Shown here in pieces: positions 52,630 to 62,344 of a DNA stretch of 64,000 nt. The notes beneath the pieces are model-generated. The model saw only the letters and a program-made list of their open reading frames with translations. It ran no database searches and was not told where the DNA came from. The DNA comes from Chiayiivirga flava (GTDB lineage Bacteria; Pseudomonadota; Gammaproteobacteria; Xanthomonadales; Xanthomonadaceae). The position numbers and the translations under genes are program-made. Positions within the stretch are counted from its first letter, which is position 1. Each line of letters starts with the position of its first letter. The stretch covers positions 11,818 to 75,817 of the forward strand of contig NZ_JACHHP010000005.1 of NCBI RefSeq assembly GCF_014202825.1, given 5' to 3'.

Positions 52630-54456
52630 ATGGATCCGACCCGCCGCGCCACCGTCGAACGCCTGTCCGTGCCGCCGCGCGAGCGGTTGCCGGGCGGGCG
52701 GCGGCTGGAGCTCGACCGGGTGCTGGTGGCGCTGGCCGAGGACGGCATCATCGCGCCCGCCGATGCCGCCCGCGCGCGGCTGGCGGCGCGCGAGATGCGC
52801 GGCGGCGCCGACATCCACCCGCTGGTGCTGCTCGCCAACCTCAAGCTGCCCAATCTCAAGGTGCCGGGTGTCGAGCTGGGGCTCGAAGCGCTGACCGAAT
52901 GGCTCGCGCGCCAGGTGAAGCTCGACTACCTGCGCATCGATCCGATGAAGATCGACGTGCCCGCGGTCACCGCCGTGATCTCGCACGCGTACGCGCAGCG
53001 CCATCGCATCCTGCCGGTGGCCGCGAGTCTCGAACGCGTGACGTTCGCCACCAGCGAACCGACCGACCTGCGCTGGCAGTCGGACTTGTCGCACCTGCTG
53101 CGCCGCGAGATCGACGTGGTGGTGGCCAATCCGCTGGAACTTGCGCGCTACACGATGGAGTTCTTCGGCGTCACGCGCTCGGTGCGCGGCGCCAAGGACA
53201 CGCGCGACGAAACGCCCGGAAGCATGCCGAGCTTCGAGCAGCTGGTGGAACTCGGCCGCGCCGGCGAGGTGGGCGCGGACGATCGCCACATCGTGCACAT
53301 CGTCGACTGGCTGCTGCAGTACGCCTACGAGCAGCGCGCATCCGACATCCACCTGGAACCGCGGCGCGACATCAGCAACGTGCGTTTCCGCATCGACGGC
53401 GTGCTGCACAAGGTGTTCGAACTGCCGACGCCGGTGATGACGGCGGCGGTGAGCCGCATCAAGGTGCTCGGGCGCATGGACTTGGGCGAACGCCGGCGGC
53501 CGCAGGACGGCCGCATCAAGACACGCTCGCCGGGCGGGCGCGAAGTCGAGATGCGCCTCTCCACCATGCCGACCGCCTTCGGCGAAAAATGCGTGATGCG
53601 CATCTTCGATCCGGACACGGCGGTCAAGTCGATCGCGCAGCTCGGCTTCTCGGAATCCGAGGGCGCGACGTGGAACGACCTGGTCACGCGCCCGCACGGC
53701 ATCGTGCTGGTCACCGGCCCCACCGGCTCGGGCAAGACCACCACGCTGTATTCGACGCTCAAGCGCCTCGCCACGTCCGACGTGAACGTCTGCACGGTCG
53801 AGGACCCGATCGAGATGATCGCGCCCGAGCTCAACCAGATGCAGGTGCACCACCAGATCGACCTCGACTTCGCCGCCGGCGTGCGCACCCTGCTGCGCCA
53901 GGATCCTGACATCATCATGATCGGCGAGATCCGCGACCTGGACACCGCGCAGATGGCGGTGCAGGCCTCGCTCACCGGCCATCTGGTGCTGTCGACGCTG
54001 CACACCAACGACGCGCCGTCGGCGATCACGCGCCTGCTCGACCTGGGCGTGCCGCATTACCTCATCCAGTCCACGCTCAACGGCGTGCTGGCACAGCGGC
54101 TGGTGCGCACGCTGTGTCCGCACTGCAAGGCGCAGGACGCGCAGGTGGATATCGATGCCTGGCAGGGCCTCGTCGCGCGCTACGGCATCGCCGCGCCCGA
54201 GCGGACGTTCGGCCCGAAAGGCTGCCTCGAATGCCGACACACCGGCTTCCTCGGCCGCGTCGGCCTCTACGAACTGCTGCCGATCACGCCGAAACTGCGC
54301 GCGCTGATCGAACCCAATCTCGACCTGCCGAACTTCGCCCGCACCGCGCAGCACGAAGGCCTGCAGCCACTGCGCGTGGCCGGCGCGGCGAAGGTGGCCG
54401 AGGGCATCACCACCGTGACCGAAGTGCTGACGGTGCTGCCGCCGGAGGAGAACTGA
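52630..54456 (+). CDS. GspE/PulE/PilB-family secretion ATPase (orphan)
   Basis: 608 aa with Walker A GPTGSGKTTT, Asp and His boxes, and a tetracysteine motif CPHC...CLEC. No other T2SS or T4P genes are adjacent. Confidence 0.8.
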   Translation: MDPTRRATVERLSVPPRERLPGGRRLELDRVLVALAEDGIIAPADAARARLAAREMRGGADIHPLVLLANLKLPNLKVPGVELGLEALTEWLARQVKLDYLRIDPMKIDVPAVTAVISHAYAQRHRILPVAASLERVTFATSEPTDLRWQSDLSHLLRREIDVVVANPLELARYTMEFFGVTRSVRGAKDTRDETPGSMPSFEQLVELGRAGEVGADDRHIVHIVDWLLQYAYEQRASDIHLEPRRDISNVRFRIDGVLHKVFELPTPVMTAAVSRIKVLGRMDLGERRRPQDGRIKTRSPGGREVEMRLSTMPTAFGEKCVMRIFDPDTAVKSIAQLGFSESEGATWNDLVTRPHGIVLVTGPTGSGKTTTLYSTLKRLATSDVNVCTVEDPIEMIAPELNQMQVHHQIDLDFAAGVRTLLRQDPDIIMIGEIRDLDTAQMAVQASLTGHLVLSTLHTNDAPSAITRLLDLGVPHYLIQSTLNGVLAQRLVRTLCPHCKAQDAQVDIDAWQGLVARYGIAAPERTFGPKGCLECRHTGFLGRVGLYELLPITPKLRALIEPNLDLPNFARTAQHEGLQPLRVAGAAKVAEGITTVTEVLTVLPPEEN

Positions 54457-54547
54457 GAGCGCGGAGTGGGCAGGGAGAAACGAGCCAGAACAACGCCCGC
54501 CCCCTCCCACTCGATTCCCGACTCCCGATTCCCGACTCCCGCTCGTC

Positions 54548-55390
54548 CTACTCCGCGTCTCGCTCCTCGTACAGCTTCTTGCGCGGCGCGCCGCTGATCT
54601 CGGCCGCGAGGCGCGCGGCCTGCGAGGGCGGCAGGTGTTCGCGCAACAGCGCGTGTACGCGCCGACCCAGCGCGAGGCTGGCGTCGGCGTCGTCGCCGGT
54701 CGCGCCCTCGACGATGACGACGAATTCGCCGCGGCGCTGGTCGGCGTCGGCAGCGACCCGCGCCGCAAGAGCGCCGAGCGGGCCATCGAGCACGGTTTCG
54801 AAGCGTTTGGTCAGCTCGCGCGCCACGACGCCGCGCCGCGTGGCGCCGAAAATCGCTGCCGCATCGACGAGGCATTCGTCGATGCGATGGCTCGATTCGT
54901 AGAACACCAGGGTGCGCGCTTCGGCCGCCAGCGACTGCAGCCGTTCGCGCCGCGCCGCACCCTTCTGCGGCAGAAATCCTTCGAACGCGAACCGGTCGCT
55001 CGGCAGGCCCGCGACCGACAGCGCCGCGATCGCGGCGCACGCACCGGGCACGGGCGAGACCTCGATGCCCGCCTCGCGCGCCGCACGCACCAGTCGGAAG
55101 CCGGGATCGCTGACCAGCGGCGTGCCGGCGTCGGACACCAGCGCGATCTGCGCGCCGTCGCGCAGCTTCGCGAGCAGGCCATCGATCTGTTCGGCCTCGT
55201 TGTGGTCGTGCAGCGACACCAGCGTGCCGCGCACGCCGAACGCCGACAGCAGCGCCTGCGTGTGGCGCGTGTCTTCGGCGGCGATGAGATCGGCCTCGCG
55301 CAGCGTTCGCAGCGCGCGCGGGCTCAGGTCCTCGAGGTTGCCGATGGGCGTGGCGACGACGTGCAGCCGACCGGTGGGAGCAAGCGACAT
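54548..55390 (-). CDS. rsmI: 16S rRNA (cytidine1402-2'-O)-methyltransferase
   Basis: MSLAPTGRLHVVATPIGNLEDLSPRALRTLREADLIAAEDTRHT is the RsmI tetrapyrrole-methylase-like N-terminus. Divergent from lpoA, as in E. coli. Confidence 0.85.
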   Translation of the reverse strand: MSLAPTGRLHVVATPIGNLEDLSPRALRTLREADLIAAEDTRHTQALLSAFGVRGTLVSLHDHNEAEQIDGLLAKLRDGAQIALVSDAGTPLVSDPGFRLVRAAREAGIEVSPVPGACAAIAALSVAGLPSDRFAFEGFLPQKGAARRERLQSLAAEARTLVFYESSHRIDECLVDAAAIFGATRRGVVARELTKRFETVLDGPLGALAARVAADADQRRGEFVVIVEGATGDDADASLALGRRVHALLREHLPPSQAARLAAEISGAPRKKLYEERDAE

Positions 55391-55457
55391 GACGCGGATC
55401 CGGAACGGCGGATGAGCTTAGCAGTGGTCGATTGTCGGGGCGCTCGGGCGCGTCGCG

Positions 55458-55640
55458 CCCTCCCACCTGCCGGCCCCCTTCCGCCTGCGTTCCGCCGGTG
55501 GTAACCGGCGTCACCCTTCCCCCGCTGCGCGGGAGAAGGGACGCTTCGATCAGCGCGGATGTATTCCGGCCGCGCAAGTTCCCTGTCGCATTCAACGGAG
55601 GAATCCTTCTCCCGCGTGCGGGGGAAGGTGCCGGCAGGCG
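55458..55640. repeat. Family-A repeat pair A4; left unit interrupted by a 25-bp insertion
   Basis: Left: ccctcccacctgccggcccccttccgcctgc, then inserted gttccgccggtggtaaccggcgtca, then cccttcccccgctgcgcgggagaaggg. Right: tccttctcccgcgtgcgggggaaggtgccggcaggcggaagggggcg. Confidence 0.65.
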
Positions 55641-55695
55641 GAAGGGGGCGCGCTTCGCACTACACTATCCCGCAACCGCACCCAGACCGTCGCCC

Positions 55696-57519
55696 ATGTC
55701 CCGATCCGGATACCGCCTCGCCGCAGCGACGCTGCTGCTGATCCTGCTGCAGGGCTGCACCATGATGCCCACCAGCCGTGTCGAACCGGTCGAGGCCACG
55801 GCCGCCGAGCGCGCCTTCGCCGACGGCGAGTTTGCCGTCGCCGCGCAGGGCTTCCTCGACGCCGCCGCGCAGGACCGCTCGCGCCGCGACGCCTATCGGC
55901 TGCGCGCCGCCGAAGCCTGGCGCGAGGAAGGCGATCTGGCCCGCGCCCGCAGCGTGCTGGAGGGTGTCACGCCGAAGCGGCTGCAGGCCGACGAGCGCCT
56001 GCGCCTGACCCTGCTGCAGGCCGAGCTTGCGCTCGACGCCGGCCAGCCGGCCGATGCCCTCGGCCGCCTCGCGATCGCACCGGAAAGCGTGCCCGCGCCG
56101 TACCGGGCGCGCTTCCACGAGCTGCGCGCGCGCGCCGCCGAAGCCGGCGGCGACAGCTTCGGCGCCGCCGCCGACCGCGCCCTGCTCGACACGCATCTGG
56201 CCCCGGCCGAACGCGCCGCCAACACGCGCGATATCGAACGCCTGCTCGCAACCGTCGACGACGGCCTGCTGTATTCGCGCAGCGCCGCGCTGCCCGCCGG
56301 CCACCCGCTATACGCCTATGCCGGCCGCCAGCTCGGCGCGCGCGGCCTGAGCCTGCCGCGTCCGTACGAGCGCGGCGGTGCGATCGCGGGCGGTGCGGAT
56401 CGCCCGCCGGCCGACGTCGACGGCTATCGTCCGTACACCCGGGTGGCGCTGATCCTGCCGCTGGACGGCGCCATCGCCGCGGCCGCCAACGCGGTGCGCG
56501 ACGGCTTTTTCAGCGCCTATTTCGCCGAATCGCGCAGCAAGCCGCAGGTGCGGGTGTACCCGGTGGGCGACGACACCGCCCAGGCCGTGGCGACATACCA
56601 GCAGGCGGTCGCCGACGGCGCACAGGCCGTCGTCGGCCCGCTCGCGCGGCCGGCCGTGGCCGCGCTGTTCGAACAGGGCCAGGTGCAGGTGCCGCTGCTG
56701 GCGCTCAACCGCGGTGGCGACCTGCCGCCGCCACCCGGCAGCGTGAGTTTTGCGCTCGCACCCGAGGATGAAGGCGTGGCCGCGGCCGACCGCATGCACT
56801 CGCGCGGCTGGCGTCGCGTGCTGGTCGTCGCCGGCGCGGACGAACACGCGCAGCGCAGCGCGGCGGCGTTCCGCGAGCGCGTGCAGCGCAACGGCGGCAG
56901 CGTCGCGGCCGAGATCCGCCTGCCCGACGATTCGCCGAACTACACCCCGCTGATCCGCCAGGCGCTCGGCACGGTCGGCAGCAGCAGCGTCGCGAGCGGC
57001 GGCGACACCGCGGTCGAACAGAACCGCCAGCAGGTGGCCGTGGACGCGATCTTCCTCGCGGTCAAGGCCGACCAGGCGCGGCTGTTCGCCCCGCAGCTGC
57101 GCGTGGCGGGCGTGTACGACGTGCCGATGCTCGCCACCTCGCAGATCGCCGCGGCCGGGGCCAATCCGCGCCTGGACCGCGAGCTTGACGGCATCGAATT
57201 CGCCGATGCGCCGTGGCTGTTCACCGACCCGCCCGGCCTGCCGCGCCGCGATACGCTGGCGCAGACGCTCGACAGCGCGCGCGGCGGTGGCGCGCGGCTG
57301 GTGGCATTCGGCATCGATGCCTTCCGTCTGCTCGGCTACCTCGACCACCTCGCCGCCGATCCGAACGCGCGCCTCGCCGGCGCCACCGGCGACCTGCGCG
57401 TCGACGGCTTCGGCAACGTGCTGCGCACGCCGGCGTGGGCGCGCTTCGTCGGCGGCCGCGCACGGCCGGCACCCGACGGTGCGCTGATCGGCGACGACGT
57501 GCAGTTCCGCCAGCCGTGA
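55696..57519 (+). CDS. lpoA: Penicillin-binding protein activator LpoA
   Basis: Lipoprotein signal MSRSGYRLAAATLLLILLQGC, N-terminal TPR-like domain, and a C-terminal periplasmic-binding-protein-like domain. Synteny rsmI / lpoA-yraN. Confidence 0.8.
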   Translation: MSRSGYRLAAATLLLILLQGCTMMPTSRVEPVEATAAERAFADGEFAVAAQGFLDAAAQDRSRRDAYRLRAAEAWREEGDLARARSVLEGVTPKRLQADERLRLTLLQAELALDAGQPADALGRLAIAPESVPAPYRARFHELRARAAEAGGDSFGAAADRALLDTHLAPAERAANTRDIERLLATVDDGLLYSRSAALPAGHPLYAYAGRQLGARGLSLPRPYERGGAIAGGADRPPADVDGYRPYTRVALILPLDGAIAAAANAVRDGFFSAYFAESRSKPQVRVYPVGDDTAQAVATYQQAVADGAQAVVGPLARPAVAALFEQGQVQVPLLALNRGGDLPPPPGSVSFALAPEDEGVAAADRMHSRGWRRVLVVAGADEHAQRSAAAFRERVQRNGGSVAAEIRLPDDSPNYTPLIRQALGTVGSSSVASGGDTAVEQNRQQVAVDAIFLAVKADQARLFAPQLRVAGVYDVPMLATSQIAAAGANPRLDRELDGIEFADAPWLFTDPPGLPRRDTLAQTLDSARGGGARLVAFGIDAFRLLGYLDHLAADPNARLAGATGDLRVDGFGNVLRTPAWARFVGGRARPAPDGALIGDDVQFRQP

Positions 57520-57938
57520 TCCTGCGGCGCCTACTGCCGGGCGCCGCCGCGGCACCGCCGCCGGGCCGGCGTGCGCTCGGCGCGGCGTTCGAACAGGCCG
57601 CCCAGCGCGAACTCGAACGTCACGGCCTGCGCCTGCGCGACAGCAACGTCAACTACCGCTTCGGCGAGATCGACCTGGTGATGGACCACGGTGAAACGCT
57701 GGTCTTCGTCGAAGTGCGCTACCGGCGCGGTGGCGGCTTCGGCGATGGCGCGATCTCGGTCGATGCGCGCAAGTGCCGGCGCATTGCGCGTGCGGCGGCG
57801 GCGTATCTTGCCGCGCAGCCGCTGCTGGCGCGCCGCCCGTGCCGGTTCGACGTGGTGGGCGTGGCCGGCGACATCGCCGCGCCGCGCTTCGACTGGATCC
57901 GCAACGCCTTCACCCTCGACGAGATGCCCGCGCGATGA
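57516..57938 (+). CDS. yraN: YraN family (UPF0102) putative endonuclease
   Basis: GTG overlaps the lpoA stop as GTGA. Contains FGEIDLVMDHGETLVFVEVRYRRGGGFGDGAISVDARKCRRIARAAAAYL, which is diagnostic of the YraN family. The longer track ORF runs inside lpoA and is rejected. Confidence 0.75.
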   Translation: MILRRLLPGAAAAPPPGRRALGAAFEQAAQRELERHGLRLRDSNVNYRFGEIDLVMDHGETLVFVEVRYRRGGGFGDGAISVDARKCRRIARAAAAYLAAQPLLARRPCRFDVVGVAGDIAAPRFDWIRNAFTLDEMPAR

Positions 57939-58525
57939 CCCGCCCAGCCCCCGCTCTCCGCCTGCTCGCCCTGCTGATGCTGCTGCCCTTGCTCGGCGGC
58001 TGCGTCGCCGCCGTGGTGGCCGGCGGTGCCGCCACCGGCGCCGCCGTGCACGACCGCCGCAGCGTCGGCACCGTGCTCGACGACCAGGCGCTGCAGATCG
58101 CCATCATCGACCGCATCTACGCCGAACGCGACCGCTTCGACGGCACGCGGATCAAGGCCGTGGTGCACAACGGCGTGGCGCTGCTGATCGGCGAGGTGTT
58201 CGACGAGGCGCTCAAGGCACGCGCCGGCGAGCGCGCGAACGAACTGCAGGGCGTGAAGCGCGTGGTCAACGAACTCGTCATCGGGCAACCGCCCGGCGTG
58301 TGGCGCCGCAGCGCCGACGCCACGCTCACCAGCCGGGTCAAGACCGCGCTGATCGGCATCGACATGCCGGGCTTCGACGCGAGCCGCGTCAACGTCACCA
58401 CGGTCCGCGGCGAGGTCTACCTGATGGGCCTCGTCTCGCGCGCCGAGGCCGATGCGGCAGTGGACACGGTGCGCTCGATGCGCGGCGTGGTGCGCGTGGT
58501 GAAGGTGTTCGAATACACCGATTGA
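57935..58525 (+). CDS. dolP: BON-domain outer-membrane lipoprotein DolP/YraP
   Basis: ATG overlaps the yraN stop as ATGA. Lipoprotein signal MTRPAPALRLLALLMLLPLLGGC. Two BON domains. diaA is absent between yraN and dolP. Confidence 0.75.
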   Translation: MTRPAPALRLLALLMLLPLLGGCVAAVVAGGAATGAAVHDRRSVGTVLDDQALQIAIIDRIYAERDRFDGTRIKAVVHNGVALLIGEVFDEALKARAGERANELQGVKRVVNELVIGQPPGVWRRSADATLTSRVKTALIGIDMPGFDASRVNVTTVRGEVYLMGLVSRAEADAAVDTVRSMRGVVRVVKVFEYTD

Positions 58526-58655
58526 GCCCATCGGCTTGACCGCATCGGCGGCTGTCGTTTCGTCGCGGCTGCGCCGAAGCGACGATTTCGGCGCCGCGTT
58601 CGGTCCCGGACGGGGTTAGGCTCCAGGTCCCCCGCCGCCGTTCCGGAGAGTACGC

Positions 58656-59180
58656 ATGTCCCGCCCTGCCCATGCCGCCTGTCTTGCCGGAGCGCTGCTG
58701 TGCGCCTCGGGCGCCCTGTCCGCCGCGGGTCCGACGCGCGAACACCTCGCGCCCGCCGGATGGGAAGGTTCGTACCACCAGATCCACTACTCGCCGGTGG
58801 TGAAGATCGGCGAGCGCGTCATCGTATCCGGCATTCCGGCCAGCGTCGGCGAAAGCGAGGAAGACAAGATTCGCTGGGTCTTCCAGCAGCTCAAGCTGCA
58901 CCTGGAAACGGCCGGGGCGAGCCTCGCGGACGTGGTCGAACTGAACAGCGTCCATGTCGCGGCCGACCACGCGCAGTTTCGTCAGCGCATCGATGTCGTG
59001 CTCAAGGTCCACCGCGAGTTCTTTCCCGACCACTATCCGGCCTGGACCGCGACGGGCACGACGGCGCTGTTCTCGGACGGCGCGCCGATGGAACTGCGGG
59101 CCGAGGCAATGATCGGCTCGGGCAAGCGGCCGCTGGCGGACATCCCCATACCCGCCGACGCCGCCGCGAAGGACGACTGA
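58656..59180 (+). CDS. RidA/YjgF family protein with signal peptide
   Basis: Signal MSRPAHAACLAGALLCASGALSAAG, then a RidA-like fold (VVKIGERVIVSGIPA...ADVVELNSVHVAADHAQF). Confidence 0.65.
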   Translation: MSRPAHAACLAGALLCASGALSAAGPTREHLAPAGWEGSYHQIHYSPVVKIGERVIVSGIPASVGESEEDKIRWVFQQLKLHLETAGASLADVVELNSVHVAADHAQFRQRIDVVLKVHREFFPDHYPAWTATGTTALFSDGAPMELRAEAMIGSGKRPLADIPIPADAAAKDD

Positions 59181-59193
59181 GCCGCGCGTCGGG

Positions 59194-60549
59194 TCAGGTC
59201 TCCACCTGCGCCTCGATCACCGCCCGCAGCACTTCGCCAAGCTCCAGCAGCCGCAGATCGCTGCCCGGCAATCCGACCAGCTGCAACCCGATTCCGTCGG
59301 GCAACGGCAGCGACAGCGCCGGGCATCCGGCCAGCGACGCCAGCGCGGTGAAATCGGCAAGATTTGCGGGCTCCGCGGCCGCGCGCAGCGGTGGCGGCAC
59401 CGGCACGGTGGGCAGCAGCAGCACGTCCACGTCCTCGAACATGCGCCGCACGCGCACCACGTGCGCGTCGAGCCTGCGATCGGCGCGTGCGAAGTCGCTC
59501 GCCGATTTCTTCTGCGCGAAGGCGAGCATCTCCAGCACGCGCTGCGAGGCGCCGGCGATGTCGGCGCCGTGCGCGGCGAGGATCTCCGCTTCCATCAGCA
59601 GCAGCGCGGCGCGGCGCGTGGCGGCGACGTCGAGCGCGGCGATGTCGAGCGCCACCGGCCGGGTTTCGCCGAACACCGGGGCGGCGCGCTGCACGGCGGC
59701 GTCGAATCCGCGCACCACGTCCTGCGATGCACCCAGCGCCGCGAGATCGGACACCACGCCCGCACGCAGCGTGCCCGGCGCCCAGTCCGGCGGCGCCAGC
59801 GGCACGCGGCGCCTGCGCGAGCGCGGATCGGCCGCATCGTAACCGGCGAGGGTCTGCAGCAGAGGCGCAAGATCCTGCACGTCGCGCGCGATCAGGCTCG
59901 GACAGTCGAGCCGGCGCAATGCTGCGCCCAGGCCGCGGCTGGAGAGTTCGGCGAAGGTCGGCTTCAGTGCCACCACGCCGCAGAACGCGGCCGGAATGCG
60001 GGCCGAACCGAGCGTGTCGGAGCACAGCGCGGCGATCGCGTGCCCGGCCGCAACGGCCGCCGCGGCGCCGGCCGACGATCCGCCCGCCACGCGATCCGGC
60101 AGCGCCGGATTGCCGACATCGCCGAAATGCGGATTGCGACCCGACACGCCCAGACCCAGTTCGTCCATGCCGGTCTTCCCCAGCAGCACGGCGCCCGCGC
60201 CGCGCAGGCGCGCGACGGTGAACGCGTCCTCCTGCGCCACGCGCGCCCGCCGCGCGGGCAGGCCGAGCGTGGTCGGCAGGCCGGCGACGTCGAGGTTGTC
60301 CTTGATCGCGAGCGGAACGCCGTCCAGACGGCCGAGCGGCTGGCCCGCGGCGCGGCGCGCATCGGACGCACACGCCGCGGCCAGCGCGCCGTCGGCGTCG
60401 ACATGCGTCCAGGCGTGCAGCGCGGCGTCGCGTTCGATCGCGGACAGGCACGCCGCAGTCAGCGCTTCGCTGCCCACGTCGCCCGCCGCCAGCGCGTGCA
60501 GCACGCACACCAGCGGTGCGCGCCGCAGGGTTTCGGCCTTTGCCATCAT
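59194..60549 (-). CDS. Amidase (amidase signature family)
   Basis: Start chosen at MMAKAETL. Contains the GGSSAGAAAAVAAG Gly/Ser-rich amidase signature and the catalytic Lys/Ser context. Confidence 0.75.
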   Translation of the reverse strand: MMAKAETLRRAPLVCVLHALAAGDVGSEALTAACLSAIERDAALHAWTHVDADGALAAACASDARRAAGQPLGRLDGVPLAIKDNLDVAGLPTTLGLPARRARVAQEDAFTVARLRGAGAVLLGKTGMDELGLGVSGRNPHFGDVGNPALPDRVAGGSSAGAAAAVAAGHAIAALCSDTLGSARIPAAFCGVVALKPTFAELSSRGLGAALRRLDCPSLIARDVQDLAPLLQTLAGYDAADPRSRRRRVPLAPPDWAPGTLRAGVVSDLAALGASQDVVRGFDAAVQRAAPVFGETRPVALDIAALDVAATRRAALLLMEAEILAAHGADIAGASQRVLEMLAFAQKKSASDFARADRRLDAHVVRVRRMFEDVDVLLLPTVPVPPPLRAAAEPANLADFTALASLAGCPALSLPLPDGIGLQLVGLPGSDLRLLELGEVLRAVIEAQVET

Positions 60550-60707
60550 GCACTCGTCCACAGCATCGAAACATCGAATGGTGCGCGATTGCCCGGCCGG
60601 CGGCAAACCGGGACAATCGTGCATTGCACCAAACGCTGCCGTACGGCGCACTTGCGCCGCACGGCCCGCCACCGGCATCGACGCCGCATGCAGAGGGAGC
60701 CAGCCAG

Positions 60708-62309
60708 ATGAGCGAGCGAGAGTTCATGGAGTACGACGTGGTGACGGTGGGCGCAGGCCCGGCCGGCCTCGCGTTCGCGATCCGGCTGAAGCAGCTCAAG
60801 CCGGAACTCTCGGTCTGCGTGATCGAGAAATCCTCGACCATCGGCGCGCATATCCTGTCCGGTGCGGTGATCGAACCGCAGCCGCTGGACGCGCTGCTGC
60901 CCGGCTGGCGCGACAATCCGCCGCCGATCTGCGTACCGGCCGGCGAGGACGAGTTCTGGTACCTGACGAAAACCGGCGGCTTCAAGTCGCCGATCGTGCC
61001 GCCGGGCATGCGCAACCACGGCAACTTCATCGTCTCGCTCGGGGCGATGTGTGCGTGGATGGCGCCGCAGGCCGAGGCGCTGGGCGTCGAGATCTATCCG
61101 GGCTTCGCCGCGGCCGAACCGTTCTACAACGCCGACGGCTCCGTCGGCGGCGTGCGCATCGGCGACATGGGCGTGGCGAAGGACGGATCGCACAAGGACG
61201 GCTACACCCAGGGCATCGACATCAAGGCGCGCATCACGGTGCTGGCGGAGGGCGCGCGCGGGCACCTGACCAAGCAACTGATCAAACGCTTCGAACTCGA
61301 CAAGGACTGCGATCCGCAGGGTTACTCGATCGGCATCAAGGAGCTGTGGCAGGTGCCGGCCGGGCGCGTGACGCCGGGCAAGATCGTGCACAGCCTCGGC
61401 TGGCCGGCCGACACGCGCACCTACGGCGGCAGCTTCCTCTATCACCTGGACAAGGACCGCATCGCGCTCGGCTACGTCTCGGGCCTGGACTACAGCGATC
61501 CGCACTACCGGCCGTGGGAAGCCTTCCAGCAGTGGAAGAACCATCCGACGGTGAAGCCGCTGCTCGACGGCGGCACGATCCTCTCGGCCGGCGCGCGCGC
61601 GATCGTCACCGGCGGCTACCAGTCGCTGCCCAAATGCGAACTGCCCGGCGCGCTGCTGATCGGCGACACCGCCGGCCTGCTCAATGTGCCGAAGATCAAG
61701 GGCACCCACCAGGCAATCAAGAGCGGCATGCTCGCGGCCGAACACATCGCCGCCACCGATGTTCCGGCCGGTTTCGATGCGAAGCTGCGCGCGTCCGATG
61801 TGATGGCCGAGCTGAAATCCGTGCGCAACATCAAGCCCGGGTTCAAGAAGGGCCAGTGGTTCGGCCTCGCCAATGCCGGCTGGGAAACGATCACCGCCGG
61901 CCACTCGCCATGGACACTGAAGAACAAGCCGGACTGGTCCTCGCTGCACAAGGTCGGCGAGCACGAAGAACCCAAACGCGACTACGTCGACCGCACGCTG
62001 GCCCCGCGCGACCGCCTCGCCGGTGTCTACTTCGCCGCGACCGAGCACGACGAAGACCAGCCCGTGCACCTGAAGGTGGCCGACACCACGATCTGCGTCA
62101 CCACGTGCGCCAAGGAATACGACAACCCCTGCACGCGCTTCTGCCCGGCCGGCGTCTACGAGATCGTCGGCGAAGGCGAGGACAAACGCCTGCAGATCAA
62201 CGCCGCCAACTGCGTGCACTGCAAGACCTGCGACATCAAGGACCCGTACGAGATCATCACCTGGGTGACACCGGAAGGCGGCGCGGGGCCGAATTACCAG
62301 AACCTGTGA
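60708..62309 (+). CDS. Electron transfer flavoprotein-ubiquinone oxidoreductase
   Basis: MSEREFMEYDVVTVGAGPAGLAFAIRL (FAD Rossmann)...C-terminal 4Fe-4S motif CVTTCAKEYDNPCTRFCPAGVYE...CVHCKTCDIKDP. GAGGGAG RBS upstream. Confidence 0.9.
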   Translation: MSEREFMEYDVVTVGAGPAGLAFAIRLKQLKPELSVCVIEKSSTIGAHILSGAVIEPQPLDALLPGWRDNPPPICVPAGEDEFWYLTKTGGFKSPIVPPGMRNHGNFIVSLGAMCAWMAPQAEALGVEIYPGFAAAEPFYNADGSVGGVRIGDMGVAKDGSHKDGYTQGIDIKARITVLAEGARGHLTKQLIKRFELDKDCDPQGYSIGIKELWQVPAGRVTPGKIVHSLGWPADTRTYGGSFLYHLDKDRIALGYVSGLDYSDPHYRPWEAFQQWKNHPTVKPLLDGGTILSAGARAIVTGGYQSLPKCELPGALLIGDTAGLLNVPKIKGTHQAIKSGMLAAEHIAATDVPAGFDAKLRASDVMAELKSVRNIKPGFKKGQWFGLANAGWETITAGHSPWTLKNKPDWSSLHKVGEHEEPKRDYVDRTLAPRDRLAGVYFAATEHDEDQPVHLKVADTTICVTTCAKEYDNPCTRFCPAGVYEIVGEGEDKRLQINAANCVHCKTCDIKDPYEIITWVTPEGGAGPNYQNL

Positions 62310-62344
62310 TGGACACGTACGGCAGATTGCCGTACGATGCCCGC

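Noticed and set aside
59996-62344. 876-aa plus-strand ORF ending in the DUF1778 antitoxin
   Set aside because: Upstream of 62309 it is antisense to the amidase and out of frame in ETF-QO. Only the final 93 codons are a gene.
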